DNA from: an uncultured Chloroflexia bacterium
GTDB lineage: Bacteria > Chloroflexota > Limnocylindria > QHBO01
Length of the DNA: 64,000 nucleotides
Direction of reading: 5' to 3'
Assembly (NCBI GenBank): GCA_963760875.1
Contig: CAVXEH010000003.1
Location: 199,572 to 263,571, forward strand
Numbering within the stretch: the first letter of the stretch is position 1; each line of letters opens with the position of its first letter. This document shows, piece by piece, positions 62,810 to 64,000 of this stretch. The translations under genes and the position numbers were made by a program. Under the pieces are notes generated by a model. The model worked only from the letters and a program-made list of their open reading frames with translations, was not told where the DNA came from and made no database searches.

Positions 62810-63485
62810 AGCCGACCCCCCGCACCGTCACGATATAGCGTGGCTGGGCGGGATCCGGCTCGATCTTCTCTCGGATGTGGCTGATGTGGACGTTGATGGT
62901 GCGCTCGTCCTGGTCGAGCGCCTCGTAGTCACGCACGAGCTCCAGGAGCTGGCCGCGGGTGTACACGCGGCCCGGCCTGGAGGCGAGGTGGCGGAGCAGG
63001 TCGAACTCCGTGGTGGTGAGCCCAATGCGCGTCCCGTCGCGCGTCACGCGGCGGCGCTCGAGGTCGATGACCAGGTCGCCCCTGCGCAGGACGCGGCCGG
63101 CCTGGGTGTCGGCCAGCTCGCCATACGCACGCCGCAGGAGCGCCTTGATGCGGCTGGCAAGCTCGCGAATGCTGAAGGGCTTGACGAGATAGTCATCGGC
63201 GCCGATCTCCAGGCCGACCACCTTGTCGACCTCGTCGGAGCGGGCCGTCAGGAACAGGATCGGCACGCGCGAGTCGCGGCGCAGGCGACGGCAGACCTCG
63301 AAGCCGTCGATGCCCGGCAGGCGAACGTCGAGCACCACGAGCTCCGGCGCCAGGTCCGGAAAGCGCGCGACGGCGTCCTCTCCGGTGGGGGCGATGGAGA
63401 CGGTGTGGCCCTCCCGCTCGAGGGCGACCTGGAGGCCTCGAGCGACGGCGGGCTCGTCCTCGACGACCATGATGGTGGCGGCCAT
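62790..63485 (-). CDS. OmpR-family response regulator
   Basis: Receiver domain (VVEDEP, LVVLDVRLPGIDG, KPF) plus a winged-helix trans_reg_C domain (RVYTRGQLLELV...GVGY). It overlaps the kinase start. Confidence 0.9.
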   Translation of the reverse strand: MAATIMVVEDEPAVARGLQVALEREGHTVSIAPTGEDAVARFPDLAPELVVLDVRLPGIDGFEVCRRLRRDSRVPILFLTARSDEVDKVVGLEIGADDYLVKPFSIRELASRIKALLRRAYGELADTQAGRVLRRGDLVIDLERRRVTRDGTRIGLTTTEFDLLRHLASRPGRVYTRGQLLELVRDYEALDQDERTINVHISHIREKIEPDPAQPRYIVTVRGVGYAFSED

Positions 63486-63662
63486 GGCCCCCGGATTATA
63501 GGGACGTGCGGCCGGACACACGCGCCGCCGCCTTGCCGGGCCGCCTTGCGGGCCGCCTTGCCGGGGCGGCGGACCGCTGGTACCATCCGGGCTCGCACCC
63601 CGTGTGATCCCACGTTGCCCGGCCGTGCCCCGGGCCGCTCTCGAGGATGATCTGAAGCACCC

Positions 63663-64000
63663 ATGGCCAACGAGATCGCCGTCGACGCGCGCGTCGCGCT
63701 CGGCAAGCAGAACCGCCGCCTTCGCCTGACCGGGCGCGTCCCGGCCGTCGTGTACGGCAAGGGCAAGGGTTCCACCGCCGTCGAGATGGACGCGAAGGCC
63801 TTCGACCTCCTGTACCGCGCCGCCGGACGGTCGAGCCTGGTCCAGCTCAAGATCGGTGACGGGCGCGCGGAAAGCGCCATCATCAAGAGCGTCCAGCGCA
63901 ACCCGCTGACCGGACGGGCGATCCACGTCGACTTCTTTCTCGTGGACCTCAAGGCGACCATGGAGGTCGAGATCCCGCTCACTTTCACGGGCGTCGCGCC
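63663..64000 (+). CDS. rplY: 50S ribosomal protein L25 / general stress protein Ctc, N-terminal part (continues past the window)
   Basis: RLRLTGRVPAVVYGKG L25 signature. The window ends inside the gene. Confidence 0.8.
   Translation, partial: MANEIAVDARVALGKQNRRLRLTGRVPAVVYGKGKGSTAVEMDAKAFDLLYRAAGRSSLVQLKIGDGRAESAIIKSVQRNPLTGRAIHVDFFLVDLKATMEVEIPLTFTGVA

Overview
This window is a very GC-rich bacterial chromosomal segment. Third codon positions are almost all G/C, and nearly every frame on both strands is open. The ORF track is therefore full of long antisense 'shadow' ORFs. I called genes from conserved motifs, membrane or signal features, and 4-nt ATGA or GTG stop/start overlaps that indicate operons. 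About 60 genes are supported. I saw no CRISPR array, transposase or integrase. One tRNA-Glu(UUC) is present.

By position:
- 0-4.3 kb: two ECF sigma/anti-sigma pairs. One anti-sigma-like partner carries a Rieske [2Fe-2S] domain. A GAF protein sits between them.
- 4.3-11 kb: a small membrane protein, a transketolase-family protein and an aminotransferase. Then an IscA-type Fe-S carrier, a wHTH regulator and a long-form class II aldolase.
- 11-17 kb: a cytochrome b6f-like Rieske/cytochrome b operon. Cytochrome b is split into b6 and subunit IV, followed by a diheme cytochrome c. The operon is preceded by, and translationally coupled to, a glutamate-synthase-small-subunit-like FAD/NAD(P) oxidoreductase fused to a 2x[4Fe-4S] ferredoxin.
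- 17-24 kb: a penicillin-binding protein, a LmbE-type deacetylase, and an SbcD/SbcC-like pair. The SbcC-like ATPase has a transmembrane hairpin where a zinc hook would normally be.
- 24-31 kb: two tandem small membrane proteins, peroxiredoxin Bcp, a disrupted alpha/beta hydrolase and a FAD oxidoreductase. Then a TPP riboswitch driving thiN (thiamine pyrophosphokinase) and a ykoEDC-type ECF transporter, and a YbaK deacylase.
- 31-35 kb: a cell-envelope cluster with a lipoprotein, an M23 peptidase, a secreted beta-propeller-like protein and a membrane protein.
- 35-38.5 kb: a 1158-aa protein with an HTH, several GAF domains, a GGDEF domain and a degenerate HD-GYP domain.
- 38.5-43.3 kb: a lipoprotein, then a WYL regulator, a CYTH protein, and an O-antigen-ligase-like membrane protein with TPR repeats.
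- 43.4-49 kb: a DNA end-joining neighbourhood. It holds Ku followed by a lysine-less, catalytically degenerate LigD-ligase-like protein. It also holds a receiver domain, a frameshifted NERD membrane protein, an ATP-dependent DNA ligase and a co-transcribed hypothetical.
- 49-52.4 kb: a fused APH-type kinase/class-III aminotransferase (a kinase + phospho-lyase architecture), a small molybdopterin oxidoreductase and a small membrane protein.
- 52.4-64 kb: housekeeping genes. These are tRNA-Glu, galU, a PASTA Ser/Thr kinase, trxA, a Cys-rich unknown, folC-folP-folB, htrA, a two-component pair and rplY.
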